DNA from: Marinilabiliaceae bacterium
Lineage (GTDB): Bacteria; Bacteroidota; Bacteroidia; Bacteroidales; VadinHA17
Assembly (NCBI GenBank): GCA_036350795.1
Contig: JAZBNV010000028.1
Coordinates: 5,235-69,234 of the forward strand
Length of the DNA stretch: 64,000 nucleotides
Direction: 5' to 3'
Shown here: piece by piece, positions 1 through 9,544 of the stretch
Position numbering within the stretch: position 1 is the first letter of the stretch
Layout of the letters: each line of letters starts with the position of its first letter
Made by a program: the position numbers and the translations under genes
The notes under the pieces: generated by a model
The model's database searches: none
Told to the model about the DNA's origin: nothing
What the model saw: only the letters and a program-made list of their open reading frames with translations

Positions 1-313
1 CCACTATCTCGTCCGGGACCTCAACAACTTTCTTTTCCACAACCTCATAATCCCTGATAATATTCAGCTTGGCCTGTGGCGCAACAAGTGCAATCCTGTT
101 AATATCCTCGTCCTCGAAAAATATATCTTCAAGCTTAACTATAGCCTTCTTACCGAGCTTATCGCTGGTGAAATTTGTGCCAAAGGTTATGAGCTTGTCG
201 AACTCATCCAGTCCCAGTATCTGTATTACCTTGAATAAGTTATTTGCCGGTATATGATCTATTACTGTGCCGTTCTGTATTGCGCTAACGCTAAGTTGTT
301 TAGGTTCTTTCAT
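1..313 (-). CDS. pyrI: Aspartate carbamoyltransferase regulatory subunit (3' end runs off the window edge)
   Basis: Not in the ORF track. Manual translation from ATG at 313 gives [33 protein letters not shown]..., the PyrI 'I.NGTVIDHI' motif. Lies directly downstream of pyrB. Confidence 0.95.
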   Translation of the reverse strand, partial: MKEPKQLSVSAIQNGTVIDHIPANNLFKVIQILGLDEFDKLITFGTNFTSDKLGKKAIVKLEDIFFEDEDINRIALVAPQAKLNIIRDYEVVEKKVVEVPDEIV

Positions 314-330
314 CGTTCTCAGGTATTATG

Positions 331-1239
331 TTATTTAAGTCCCAGCAGTGAACATAGAATTGCCTGCCTGGTATATACACCATTCAGGGCCTGTTCAAAA
401 TAGTATGCCTTCTTGTTGGAATCAACATCCATATCGATTTCATTAACCCTTGGCAGTGGATGCAATACTCTCATATTATCCTTGGTGTTGTCGAGCATTG
501 AATTCTGAAGTACATACACATTCTTTACTTTTTCATACTCCATGGGATCACTGAATCTTTCCTTCTGCACCCTTGTCATATAAATAATATCTGCCTTTGA
601 GATTATATCAGTGAAATCCTTGTGTTCATAAAACTTAAGGCCCAGTTCTTCGAGGTATAGTTTATATTCGTCAGGCATCTTCAGTTCGTCAGGCGACACA
701 AAATTAAAGGTGGCATTCCACCTTGTCATCGCCATCATCAGCGAATGAACTGTTCTCCCATATTTCAGGTCGCCCACCAGGAAAATATTAAGGTTGTCAA
801 GTTTTCCCTGTGTTTTTCGAATGGAATACAGATCGAGCAGGGTCTGTGTGGGATGCTGGTTAGCGCCGTCACCGGCATTAACGACCGGTATGCCGGCCAC
901 CTCGCTGGCGTAGCGGGCACTTCCTTCTATCGGGTGTCGCATCACTATCAGGTCGGAGTAATTACTTACCGTTCTGATTGTATCGTTAAGAGATTCTCCC
1001 TTAGTTACACTCGAACTTGAAGAGTCTGTAAAACCTATTATCTTACCTCCAAGCCTTGATATAGCACTTTCAAAGCTAAGCCTTGTCCTGGTTGATGGTT
1101 CAAAAAATAAGGATGCAATTACCTTGTCCTGAAGAAGTTGTTGTGAAGGATTCTTTTCAAACTCTGCAGCTAAATCCAGAATCCTGAGTATCTCTTCCGT
1201 GGTAAAATCGTCGATTGAAACTAAACTCCTGTTCTTCAT
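331..1239 (-). CDS. pyrB: Aspartate carbamoyltransferase catalytic subunit
   Basis: [21 protein letters not shown] and HPLPR motifs. Confidence 0.98.
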   Translation of the reverse strand: MKNRSLVSIDDFTTEEILRILDLAAEFEKNPSQQLLQDKVIASLFFEPSTRTRLSFESAISRLGGKIIGFTDSSSSSVTKGESLNDTIRTVSNYSDLIVMRHPIEGSARYASEVAGIPVVNAGDGANQHPTQTLLDLYSIRKTQGKLDNLNIFLVGDLKYGRTVHSLMMAMTRWNATFNFVSPDELKMPDEYKLYLEELGLKFYEHKDFTDIISKADIIYMTRVQKERFSDPMEYEKVKNVYVLQNSMLDNTKDNMRVLHPLPRVNEIDMDVDSNKKAYYFEQALNGVYTRQAILCSLLGLK

Positions 1240-1335
1240 TAATTGGCTTCTTTTATATTAGTACCTGCTGCAAATTTAACAACTAATAATTTTGAGTTAA
1301 TTGTTGTTGAAAAGTAATTGATAAGTATCTGCTTC

Positions 1336-1953
1336 TTAATCTAAAGAAGGTAGATCATTAATTGTGATTCCTTCAATTATACTTAACCTGCCAATAAGCC
1401 GGTCTTTGTCAGATTTCCGGAAACATAGGTCGAGCGAGCATGAATTTTCAAATACCTGGTTCGACTGCTCAGGATTTTCATCTTTTATTATTTTCATTAC
1501 GGCATTCATTGCTTCATAGGGGAAACTGATATGTATTTTCACCTTAAGGTGCTCAGTAATGATAATACTGTTTTCCAGTGCATTCCGTGCAGCATTTCTA
1601 TAGGCATTTATTAAGCCGCCTGCACCCAGCAGCGTTCCTCCGAAGTACCTTACAACTACTATCAATACATTGCTTAATTCAAACGAGGATATCTGTCCCA
1701 ATATCGGCCTGCCTGCGGTCCCTGATGGTTCGCCGTCATCATTTACCCGCCAGTTGTCATCTTCCGTACCAATTTTGTATGCATAGCAATGATGACGTGC
1801 ATCACGGTAGTCCTTCTTAACTTCCTCGATTATCCTTTTTGCTTCCTCCGCAGAGCCAACCCTGCAGGCATGGGCAATAAATTTACTGCCCCGGTCCTTG
1901 AATATGCCGGAAGAGCTGGCTTTTATTGTTCTGTATTCGTCACTCTCCATCAT
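1336..1953 (-). CDS. YigZ/IMPACT family protein
   Basis: SKFIA, ARHHCYAY, DDGEPSGTAGRP and VVRYFGGTLLGAGGLINAY motifs. Confidence 0.93.
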   Translation of the reverse strand: MMESDEYRTIKASSSGIFKDRGSKFIAHACRVGSAEEAKRIIEEVKKDYRDARHHCYAYKIGTEDDNWRVNDDGEPSGTAGRPILGQISSFELSNVLIVVVRYFGGTLLGAGGLINAYRNAARNALENSIIITEHLKVKIHISFPYEAMNAVMKIIKDENPEQSNQVFENSCSLDLCFRKSDKDRLIGRLSIIEGITINDLPSLD

Positions 1954-2810
1954 ACAAAACTAAGAACAACTATTGAAACAAGCGAGAGACCTATGCCGAT
2001 CCTGTTAAGAGTGCTTACCTTCTCTTTAAAAAGGGCAAGAGCAAGCAGTATTGACAGCAAAACTATGCCTATGTTATTAATGCCGAATACGATCGACGAA
2101 TCAAAAACATTGCTGTCGAGTGCCATTATTATGCCATAGAGTGAGCCGAAGTTTACGATTCCAAGTGTTATTCCCATAATAATAAGGTCTGGTTTAAACC
2201 ACGACTTAAATGACTTTTTCCTGAATGGAGAAATAATGAATCCGCTGATTGCAGCTATCAAAAACAGGGATGATGAGAACACTATGCTTAGATCTTCATT
2301 CAGGTAACTTTCCTGTGTATACTTTACCAGCGAGTCAATTATGCCTGAACCGGCAAACAAAAGCAAAGGAAACCAGGCGTAAGATGAATTTGATATTTTC
2401 TTTGTTTCCTTTCTGTAAGTGGTGAGAAAGACTGATAGTATAGCGAGTATTATCCCTGCAATCTTAAGTATACTGATTCTTTCGCTGAAGTAGATAATTG
2501 AAAAGCTTATTGGAATAACAACCGACATTTTTGTGGCAATTGTTGTTGGAGCTATCCCGGTAAGCTGAGTAGACCTGGCCATAACCAGGAATATAAGAAT
2601 AAACAGTATTCCGATAATTACTGACAGTGGCAGCCAGTTAAGCTCTATTATATCTGCGGCCGGAAATCCTCCTATCGAAAAACCAAAGATGGAGGCAGTA
2701 ATATAATTGATAACGATTAATTTAAAATTATCGAGTTTCCTTATTCCTGCCACTTTAAATATTACCATTAGCAGTGAAGATGATACTATACATAATAGCA
2801 GATAGGCCAT
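1950..2810 (-). CDS. DMT/EamA-type membrane transporter
   Basis: About 10 hydrophobic segments in two repeated halves; C-terminal 'LFKEKVS'. Confidence 0.8.
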   Translation of the reverse strand: MAYLLLCIVSSSLLMVIFKVAGIRKLDNFKLIVINYITASIFGFSIGGFPAADIIELNWLPLSVIIGILFILIFLVMARSTQLTGIAPTTIATKMSVVIPISFSIIYFSERISILKIAGIILAILSVFLTTYRKETKKISNSSYAWFPLLLFAGSGIIDSLVKYTQESYLNEDLSIVFSSSLFLIAAISGFIISPFRKKSFKSWFKPDLIIMGITLGIVNFGSLYGIIMALDSNVFDSSIVFGINNIGIVLLSILLALALFKEKVSTLNRIGIGLSLVSIVVLSFV

Positions 2811-2819
2811 CGGTTTAGC

Positions 2820-3530
2820 TTACTTTTTTATTTTCTTAATTATTGCTCCGGCAACAGAATGCATCAGATTAAGGTCCTTGTCACCGGCAAGGCCGATTCT
2901 TTCCATTATACGCCCCGCCAGGTTAGGGTTTTCTGAGATTCCCGTATACTCAAGTATATATTCCACTTTTTGCTTAACACTAAGGAACGAAGCACTGTTC
3001 TTTTCTCCAGATTCTTCTTCATGGCCCGGATCTGCCGATCCGGGTGCTGATAACTCAAAGGCATATACCATAACGGCCTGTGCCAGGTTTAATGAGGGAT
3101 GTTTTACAGACATTGGAATATATGAAGCTATATCACATAGTTTCATGTCTTTATTGCTGAGACCTGATTCTTCGCTCCCGAATACGATTGAGACTGTACC
3201 ATCGATAATGTTCTTCGCCTGCACAAATTCATTAAGATTCCTGATATTTATATTATCCTGTTTAACAGCTCTTCTGCGGGTTGAAGTGGCTACCGTCAGA
3301 TCAGAATTGACAAGGGCATCTTCCAGCGTCTTAAAGATTTTTGCATTTTCAAGGACATCTGCTGATCCATGTGCCATCCATTGGGCTCTTCCTTCATGGT
3401 AATGGCAGGGATTAACAAGGATAAGTGAGCTGAAGCCCATGGTTTTTATGGCCCTTGCACTTGCCCCGATATTCTCCGGGACTTTTGGTTCGACGAGGAT
3501 AAAATTGATATTCATGATTAAAGAATACAA
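2820..3530 (-). CDS. SPOUT tRNA/rRNA methyltransferase (TrmJ/LasT-like)
   Basis: LVEPKVPENIGASARA, VFGSEESGLSN and SLNLAQAV motifs. The start is probably the second Met (MNINFILVEP). Confidence 0.9.
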   Translation of the reverse strand: MYSLIMNINFILVEPKVPENIGASARAIKTMGFSSLILVNPCHYHEGRAQWMAHGSADVLENAKIFKTLEDALVNSDLTVATSTRRRAVKQDNINIRNLNEFVQAKNIIDGTVSIVFGSEESGLSNKDMKLCDIASYIPMSVKHPSLNLAQAVMVYAFELSAPGSADPGHEEESGEKNSASFLSVKQKVEYILEYTGISENPNLAGRIMERIGLAGDKDLNLMHSVAGAIIKKIKK

Positions 3531-3597
3531 ATATTCTTAAAAAATACCGGATGAAAAAAATATATCTACTTTTGTATTAACAGTAATAAATATTACT

Positions 3598-3984
3598 ATG
3601 AGTATGGTACTTGACGAGAAAGATTTATCCAAGCTTATTGTGGTTGGCGACCGGATTCTGATTAAGCCTAAAACGCCACAGTCAAAAACCAAATCTGGAT
3701 TATACCTTCCACCGGGAGTGCAGGAGAAGGAAAAAGTCCAGATTGGCTACGTGCTTAAGGTAGGTCCCGGATATGCAATACCCTCTGTCAGCGATGCTGA
3801 TGAACCCTGGAAAGCTGCATCAAACGAGCCGCAATATGTTCCTCTCCAGCCAAGAGAAGGCGACCTGGCTGTATATATGCAAAACAGTGCCATTGAGATT
3901 GAGTTTAATACAGAAAAATATGTTGTGGTGCCACAGTCTTCATTATTGCTGTTAATGAGGGATGACGGACTATTTGACAGCTAA
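3598..3984 (+). CDS. GroES/chaperonin-10 family protein (no adjacent groEL)
   Basis: GDRILIKP..KTKSGLYLP..G.VLKVGPG Cpn10 pattern; TACTTTTG box upstream. Confidence 0.85.
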   Translation: MSMVLDEKDLSKLIVVGDRILIKPKTPQSKTKSGLYLPPGVQEKEKVQIGYVLKVGPGYAIPSVSDADEPWKAASNEPQYVPLQPREGDLAVYMQNSAIEIEFNTEKYVVVPQSSLLLLMRDDGLFDS

Positions 3985-4012
3985 AGACTGCTTTTAGGGA
4001 AAGGTATATTTT

Positions 4013-6382
4013 ATGAAAGATAATTCACGTCTTATTATTTTGATCAGTATAGGTTTTACCCTGCTTATATTTATTATTGTTTTTTCCAGGATAAATAACA
4101 ACCGCAAGCTGGAGCAGAAAATTGCTATGTACAGTGGTTCAGAAAGCTGCAAGCCCTGCCATGAACGCTTTTACGAACTTTGGGCGCCATCGCATCATGG
4201 ATTGGCCATGCAGGAGGTAAGCCCGGGCTTTATAGACACCGAGATCAGGAATCTGACCGAAGGGATTGCTGTTGGCGAATCGCTTTTCAGCGTTGAAGTT
4301 TCAGACAGTTCCCTGTTTTTTGTTCAGCTTGAGCCCGGTGGAGAGCTAAAGCGCTATAAAGCAGTGCACGCACTGGGAGGTAAGTATATTTATTATTTTC
4401 TTACTGAGTTCGACAGGGGCCGCTTACATACGCTGCCACTGGCCTATGATTGCAAAACAGAAAGCTGGTATAATAATCCTGAAAGTGGTGTAAGGCATTT
4501 TGAGACTATTGAGGATGAAGCCCTTGACTGGGAAAATCATCTGTATACCTTCAATACTTCCTGCTACAGTTGCCATGTCAGCCAGCTTGAATCAAATTTC
4601 AACCTGGAGGATCTTACTTATACAACCACCTGGAGCGAGCCTGGAATAAACTGTGAAACATGCCATGGACCGAGCTCAGAGCATATCAGGGTCTGTGTGG
4701 AAGCAGGGGAGGGTGAAGTGCCGGACGATCTGAAGATAATACTTACAAGTGCATATACACCAGAGCAGAATGACGCTGCATGCGGATCGTGCCATGCAAA
4801 ATCAGGTATAGTAGCCCCTGGCTATCCTCCGGGCGAGAGATTCTACGACTACTTCAACCTTATAACTCTTGAGAATCATGATTTTTACGCCGATGGGCGT
4901 GATCTCGGTGAGAACTATACCATGACAACCTGGTCGCTGAATACCTGCCAGATGGAAAGCGATATGCATTGTGTCAGCTGCCATACATCCAGCGGCAGGT
5001 ACAGGTTTAGTGGCGAAAATCCAAACCTGGCCTGTTCTCCCTGCCATAGCGACAAGGTTGATAATGTAAGTGCCCATTCTCACCATAAACCTGAAAGCAC
5101 TGGAAGTGAATGTATTGCATGCCATATGCCAAAGACAGTCTTTGCAAGAATGGACAGAAGTGATCACTCTTTCCGTCCCCCGATGCCAAAGGCAAGTATG
5201 GCATTCGGATCACCCAATGCCTGTAACCTGTGCCACCACGACCAGTCGGCCGAATGGTCGCAGGCATGGATAGAAAAAACTCATGGCCATAATTTAGGAT
5301 ACCAGGATGAAACACTGAGACTGGGATCATATATCAGGGAACTGAGAGACGAAAACTGGAACAGTCTTGATAAACTTAATATGGGACTGGTTGCGGGAGA
5401 ATTTGGCGAGGTATACACCACTTCGTATATCAGGTTGCTTGAAAGCTGCAACGAGCAGTCAAAATGGGAGGGTATAATGGCAAGAAAAGATGATGAATCC
5501 CCGCTTGTCAGATCAGCCGTTGCAAGTGCTCTCGCAACAAATGGGAGTGAAGAAGCACTCGATATACTGATGAAACTGGTTAATGATGATTACAGGCTGG
5601 TTCGTATTAATGCTGCAAACGCACTCTCAATGTATGGCAACAGGTACCCGGGCATACTAAATGATACGGCAGTTACAGAAGCTTTAAATGAGTATATAAG
5701 CTCATTAACATCCAGGCCTGATGACTGGTCGTCGCATTATAATCTCGGGAATTTTTACAGCGCAGGTGCAGATTACCAGAAAGCACTTGAGGCATACCAG
5801 AATTCAATAAAAGTATACCCCGAGGCAATAATGCCTATGGTAAATGCAGGATACCTGTATTCTTTGACAGGTAACATGGAAGCATCTGAAAAGATGTTTG
5901 AGATGGCCCTGTCTGTTGAACCTGACCATGAGGCAGCACTGCTTAACCTGGCTTTACTTTATGGTGAAACAGGTAATAATGAAAGGGCAATATCCTGTTT
6001 CAGGAGACTCCTTCTGGTATCTGATAAAAATGCAACTGCGGCCTATAACCTTGGAATCCTGTTAAACGAATCTGATCCCATAGAATCGCTTGCTTTACTT
6101 AAGAATGCCTCTGCCTGGGACAAAAATCCAAAATATTCCTACACCTACGCATATTTTCTGGGAAAGGAGGGAAACACCCCAAAGGCTAAAACAGTTCTGA
6201 AAGGCCTCCTGGAGTTAAACCCCGGGTATACAGATGCATATTTTCTGATGGGAACCCTTATGATAGAACAGGGTAATGGAAAAGAAGCAAGAAAATTTCT
6301 GAATGAAGCCCTTCTGAAAGATTTTTTTACTGATGAACAAAAACAGGGAATACAAGCGCTTCTGAAATCAATTGTGGAATAA
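4013..6382 (+). CDS. Membrane-anchored multiheme c-type cytochrome with HEAT and TPR repeats
   Basis: N-terminal TM helix; 8 CxxCH motifs (CKPCH, CYSCH, CETCH, CGSCH, CVSCH, CSPCH, CIACH, CNLCH); HEAT-like 'LVRSAVASAL' and 'LVRINAANAL'; C-terminal TPRs. Confidence 0.88.
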   Translation: MKDNSRLIILISIGFTLLIFIIVFSRINNNRKLEQKIAMYSGSESCKPCHERFYELWAPSHHGLAMQEVSPGFIDTEIRNLTEGIAVGESLFSVEVSDSSLFFVQLEPGGELKRYKAVHALGGKYIYYFLTEFDRGRLHTLPLAYDCKTESWYNNPESGVRHFETIEDEALDWENHLYTFNTSCYSCHVSQLESNFNLEDLTYTTTWSEPGINCETCHGPSSEHIRVCVEAGEGEVPDDLKIILTSAYTPEQNDAACGSCHAKSGIVAPGYPPGERFYDYFNLITLENHDFYADGRDLGENYTMTTWSLNTCQMESDMHCVSCHTSSGRYRFSGENPNLACSPCHSDKVDNVSAHSHHKPESTGSECIACHMPKTVFARMDRSDHSFRPPMPKASMAFGSPNACNLCHHDQSAEWSQAWIEKTHGHNLGYQDETLRLGSYIRELRDENWNSLDKLNMGLVAGEFGEVYTTSYIRLLESCNEQSKWEGIMARKDDESPLVRSAVASALATNGSEEALDILMKLVNDDYRLVRINAANALSMYGNRYPGILNDTAVTEALNEYISSLTSRPDDWSSHYNLGNFYSAGADYQKALEAYQNSIKVYPEAIMPMVNAGYLYSLTGNMEASEKMFEMALSVEPDHEAALLNLALLYGETGNNERAISCFRRLLLVSDKNATAAYNLGILLNESDPIESLALLKNASAWDKNPKYSYTYAYFLGKEGNTPKAKTVLKGLLELNPGYTDAYFLMGTLMIEQGNGKEARKFLNEALLKDFFTDEQKQGIQALLKSIVE

Positions 6383-6384
6383 AC

Positions 6385-7497
6385 ATGTTAAGAACTGAGA
6401 AGGGACTGCTGGGAAAAAAATCAAGTTACTTTATCACTTTTGAGAACTATGGTGATTTCAGCCTGTTGAACATCAATATTATAATATCTGATAAGCCTGT
6501 CGATACAGGTATTATTGCCGCGATAGAAGACCTGCTCTGTTCAAAGAAAGCAAAAGTCTTACTCGCTCTCGCTTTTGCCGGGCATAATTCTCCATACCTT
6601 GATCTTGTTAGCGGACTCGGGAAATCAGAAATTGTAAATATTCAGCTTCCCTTAATGTTATATGCTAAGTCTGATACCCTTAAGATACAGTTTATATGCA
6701 CTGATAGTAAGAATGTTAGCTCTAAAGGGGATAGTTCTGAGATAAAGATTCCTGGTACTGATTCCATAAGATTTGTCTATCTTAATGCGCTCATAGATAG
6801 AAGCCGGGATTCCGGGAGTTCAGATCAGGCTGCAGGGGTATTCAATACCCTGAAATCCGGCTTGAAGGATAATAATCTTGAGCCTGCTGGTATTGTAAGA
6901 ACCTGGATTTACCTCGATAATATTCTTGGCTGGTATGACGAATTCAACAGCGTACGTTCGGCATATTTTAAGGAACATGGAATCTTCGATTCCCTGGTCC
7001 CGGCAAGCACAGGAATTGGATCAGCTAATGCCTTCAAAAGAGCAATTGTTTTATCGGGACTGGCAATCGAGCGTAGTGAAGGCCTGAGTATTGAGACCAT
7101 AAGTTCACCGCTTCAATGTGAGGCACTTGACTACAAGAGCTCCTTTTCGAGGGCAATAAGGCTTAAGTCCAAAGAATATAAGAAACTTATGATCAGTGGA
7201 ACAGCAGCTATACTGCCTGGCGGAGAAACTGCTCATATCGGTGAAATGAAAAAGCAGGTGGAAATGACTTTCCGGGTCCTGAAGGCAATCTTAAACAAGG
7301 AAGGAATGGATTTCCAGGATGTTTCGAGGGCAATAGCTTACTTTCCTGACAGCACTACGAAAAATGTTTTAATTGATTGTTGCAGGCAAAATAAGCTGAA
7401 TGCTGATACTGTTCTTATGGTAGAAGCCGATATATGCAGGGAAGACCTGTTGTTTGAGATGGAGATGGATGCTTTCTCAGGCAAGCAGGGCAGCTAA
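6385..7497 (+). CDS. Tandem RidA/YjgF-fold protein, chorismatase (FkbO/Hyg5)-like
   Basis: VRTWIYL, PASTGIG, SSFSRA, ISGTAAI and DICREDLLFEME motifs. Confidence 0.7.
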   Translation: MLRTEKGLLGKKSSYFITFENYGDFSLLNINIIISDKPVDTGIIAAIEDLLCSKKAKVLLALAFAGHNSPYLDLVSGLGKSEIVNIQLPLMLYAKSDTLKIQFICTDSKNVSSKGDSSEIKIPGTDSIRFVYLNALIDRSRDSGSSDQAAGVFNTLKSGLKDNNLEPAGIVRTWIYLDNILGWYDEFNSVRSAYFKEHGIFDSLVPASTGIGSANAFKRAIVLSGLAIERSEGLSIETISSPLQCEALDYKSSFSRAIRLKSKEYKKLMISGTAAILPGGETAHIGEMKKQVEMTFRVLKAILNKEGMDFQDVSRAIAYFPDSTTKNVLIDCCRQNKLNADTVLMVEADICREDLLFEMEMDAFSGKQGS

Positions 7498-8223
7498 GCC
7501 TTTCCAGGTAGTAAATATGCCCGCAAGAACCAGTAGCAGCAGGACTATGGTGCGTATTTTTCTTTCGTTTATAATTTTAGTGAGTCTTTCGCCCAGGAAA
7601 AAGCCGGCAATCATTGATGGTATGCAGAAAATAATCAGCAGTAGTTGCTCAGGGTCAATACTTCCGGTGACTGAATAGAGTGCGGTTGAGTATGCATATG
7701 AAACCAGGAAGAATACAGACATTGAATACCTGAACTCATCATGTTTGAGTTTTGTGCCACCAAGCATAAGAGCTGCAACAGGACCACCTATTGATGCACT
7801 TCCTGCAAGTATCCCACCTATAAGTGATGCCAGCGAATAAGCCATGCCAGGCCTGGCGAACCTTAGCCTGTAACCCGAAAACATTAAAATCGCAAAGATT
7901 AAAATTACCAGGCCTGCACAGGTTCTGAGAATCTCGTTGTTTATCCTGTTTAGCAGCAGTACACCTGCAGTAACACCCAGGCTCGAAAAAACAATAATAA
8001 TGATAAAATATCCTGACTTAATTAAACCCTTTGATTTTATGAGGTGTACGATAGAAAATGCCAGGTTAACCGCAACAAGCAGAACAACTGTTTCCCTGTA
8101 TGGAAGTATTAAACTCAGCAGTGGCAATGCTATCATTGCCAGGCCAAACCCGCTTAATCCTCTTACGATGCTTGCAAAGAAAATTATAAGAAAGACAGCA
8201 AGAAGCAGGTTCAGGTCAGGCAT
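7477..8223 (-). CDS. TauE/SafE (TSUP) family transporter
   Basis: GLSGFGLAMIALP motif and IGGP repeat; about 8 TM segments. Confidence 0.85.
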   Translation of the reverse strand: MPDLNLLLAVFLIIFFASIVRGLSGFGLAMIALPLLSLILPYRETVVLLVAVNLAFSIVHLIKSKGLIKSGYFIIIIVFSSLGVTAGVLLLNRINNEILRTCAGLVILIFAILMFSGYRLRFARPGMAYSLASLIGGILAGSASIGGPVAALMLGGTKLKHDEFRYSMSVFFLVSYAYSTALYSVTGSIDPEQLLLIIFCIPSMIAGFFLGERLTKIINERKIRTIVLLLLVLAGIFTTWKGLAALLA

Positions 8224-8225
8224 TT

Positions 8226-9392
8226 TTAGTAGTGCTTTATTAGCGAAAATTTCTTTTGAAAGTCAGACACTTCAGAACTCCAGCGTTCTTTTTCTATAAG
8301 AATATTTTCTCTTTTAGTCAGGGCTTCCCTTGTCGTGGAATCGCCCATTAATATATCGAAGGGCATCAGCCTGTACTCATATTCGTATGGTGGTTTATTG
8401 AACTCCATATACAGAGGATTTGTCCTGATAATGGAATCATATAGCGAGATAGCTGTGAATACCGGTTCGTAGGTCCCCGGGTCTGTGATATGTATTTGAA
8501 TTCCTTTGCAGTAGCTGTCAGAATATTTATTGAATGTGGGGATGAAATCGTGCAATCTGAAAGCACATCCTTTTAATTTTCTTGCTTTTAGGTCCTCAAT
8601 TATTGAAGCTGTGTCCAGTGCAGGAGCGCCAAATAATTCAAAAGGTGTTGTAGTTCCTCTTGCCTCAGACAGGTTAAGAGCTTCAGTTAGAACCATCCCG
8701 GGGTAAACCACAGCTGTTTCCTGTGATGGCATATTCGGAGATGGAGGCACCCACTGAAGGTCTGTATCCCTGTACATCATGCCACGTTTCCATCCCGACA
8801 TCCATTCAATGTGCAGTTCACATGCTGTATCTTCATATTCATTAAGCCATAATGCTATTTCGCCGATGGTGAGATCATGGCAAAGAGGTATTTCTGCTCC
8901 GCCTACAAAGGTAAAATAATCCCTCTTCAGAACGGGACCTTCGCATCCCAGCCTGCTTACAGGGTTTGGCCTGTCAAGCACAAGCACAGGCAGTGATAGT
9001 TCGGCACATACCTGCATTACATTCTTCAGGGTCCAGATATAGGTGTAGGGACGGGCACCTATATCCTGGAGATCAACCACAACAATATCAACGCCTTCAA
9101 GCATATGGTGTGCCGGTGTGCGATGCCTGCCATAAAGGCTGTAAACCGGTACTCCAAAAGCGCTTTCGCTATTCCCTTCCCATTCAATCATATTATCCTG
9201 TGTTTGCCCGAAGAGACCATGCTGAGGTCCAAAAATACACTTAAGACTTGTTTCCCTGCATTCTCTGAAAAAATCTATAATATGAACAAAATCCCTGTTA
9301 ATACTTGGAGCATGGCATAATAATGCAAGAGATTTTCCTTTCAGAAGGGGAGGCAGACTTTTCGAGATCTTATCAAAACCGGTAAAAACCAT
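8226..9392 (-). CDS. DUF1343 / NamZ-family exo-beta-N-acetylmuramidase
   Basis: FGPQHGLFG, DLQDIGARPYTY, LDRPNP, WVPPSPNMP and LSEARGT motifs; no obvious signal peptide. Confidence 0.88.
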   Translation of the reverse strand: MVFTGFDKISKSLPPLLKGKSLALLCHAPSINRDFVHIIDFFRECRETSLKCIFGPQHGLFGQTQDNMIEWEGNSESAFGVPVYSLYGRHRTPAHHMLEGVDIVVVDLQDIGARPYTYIWTLKNVMQVCAELSLPVLVLDRPNPVSRLGCEGPVLKRDYFTFVGGAEIPLCHDLTIGEIALWLNEYEDTACELHIEWMSGWKRGMMYRDTDLQWVPPSPNMPSQETAVVYPGMVLTEALNLSEARGTTTPFELFGAPALDTASIIEDLKARKLKGCAFRLHDFIPTFNKYSDSYCKGIQIHITDPGTYEPVFTAISLYDSIIRTNPLYMEFNKPPYEYEYRLMPFDILMGDSTTREALTKRENILIEKERWSSEVSDFQKKFSLIKHY

Positions 9393-9544
9393 AGCTGCAA
9401 TTACTTTAACTATAAACCAGGATATTAAGCATTATAAACAAATAATTCAATCTGTTGTTTTCTATATATAAATATAGAATTGAACTAAAAACCTGACAAA
9501 ATAGTGATAATAATATTTTAGAACTTATTTTTGTGAAATAATTA

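Noticed and set aside
4013-6382. NrfA nitrite reductase or hydroxylamine oxidoreductase call
   Set aside because: There is no CxxCK motif, and the HEAT/TPR architecture does not match those enzymes.
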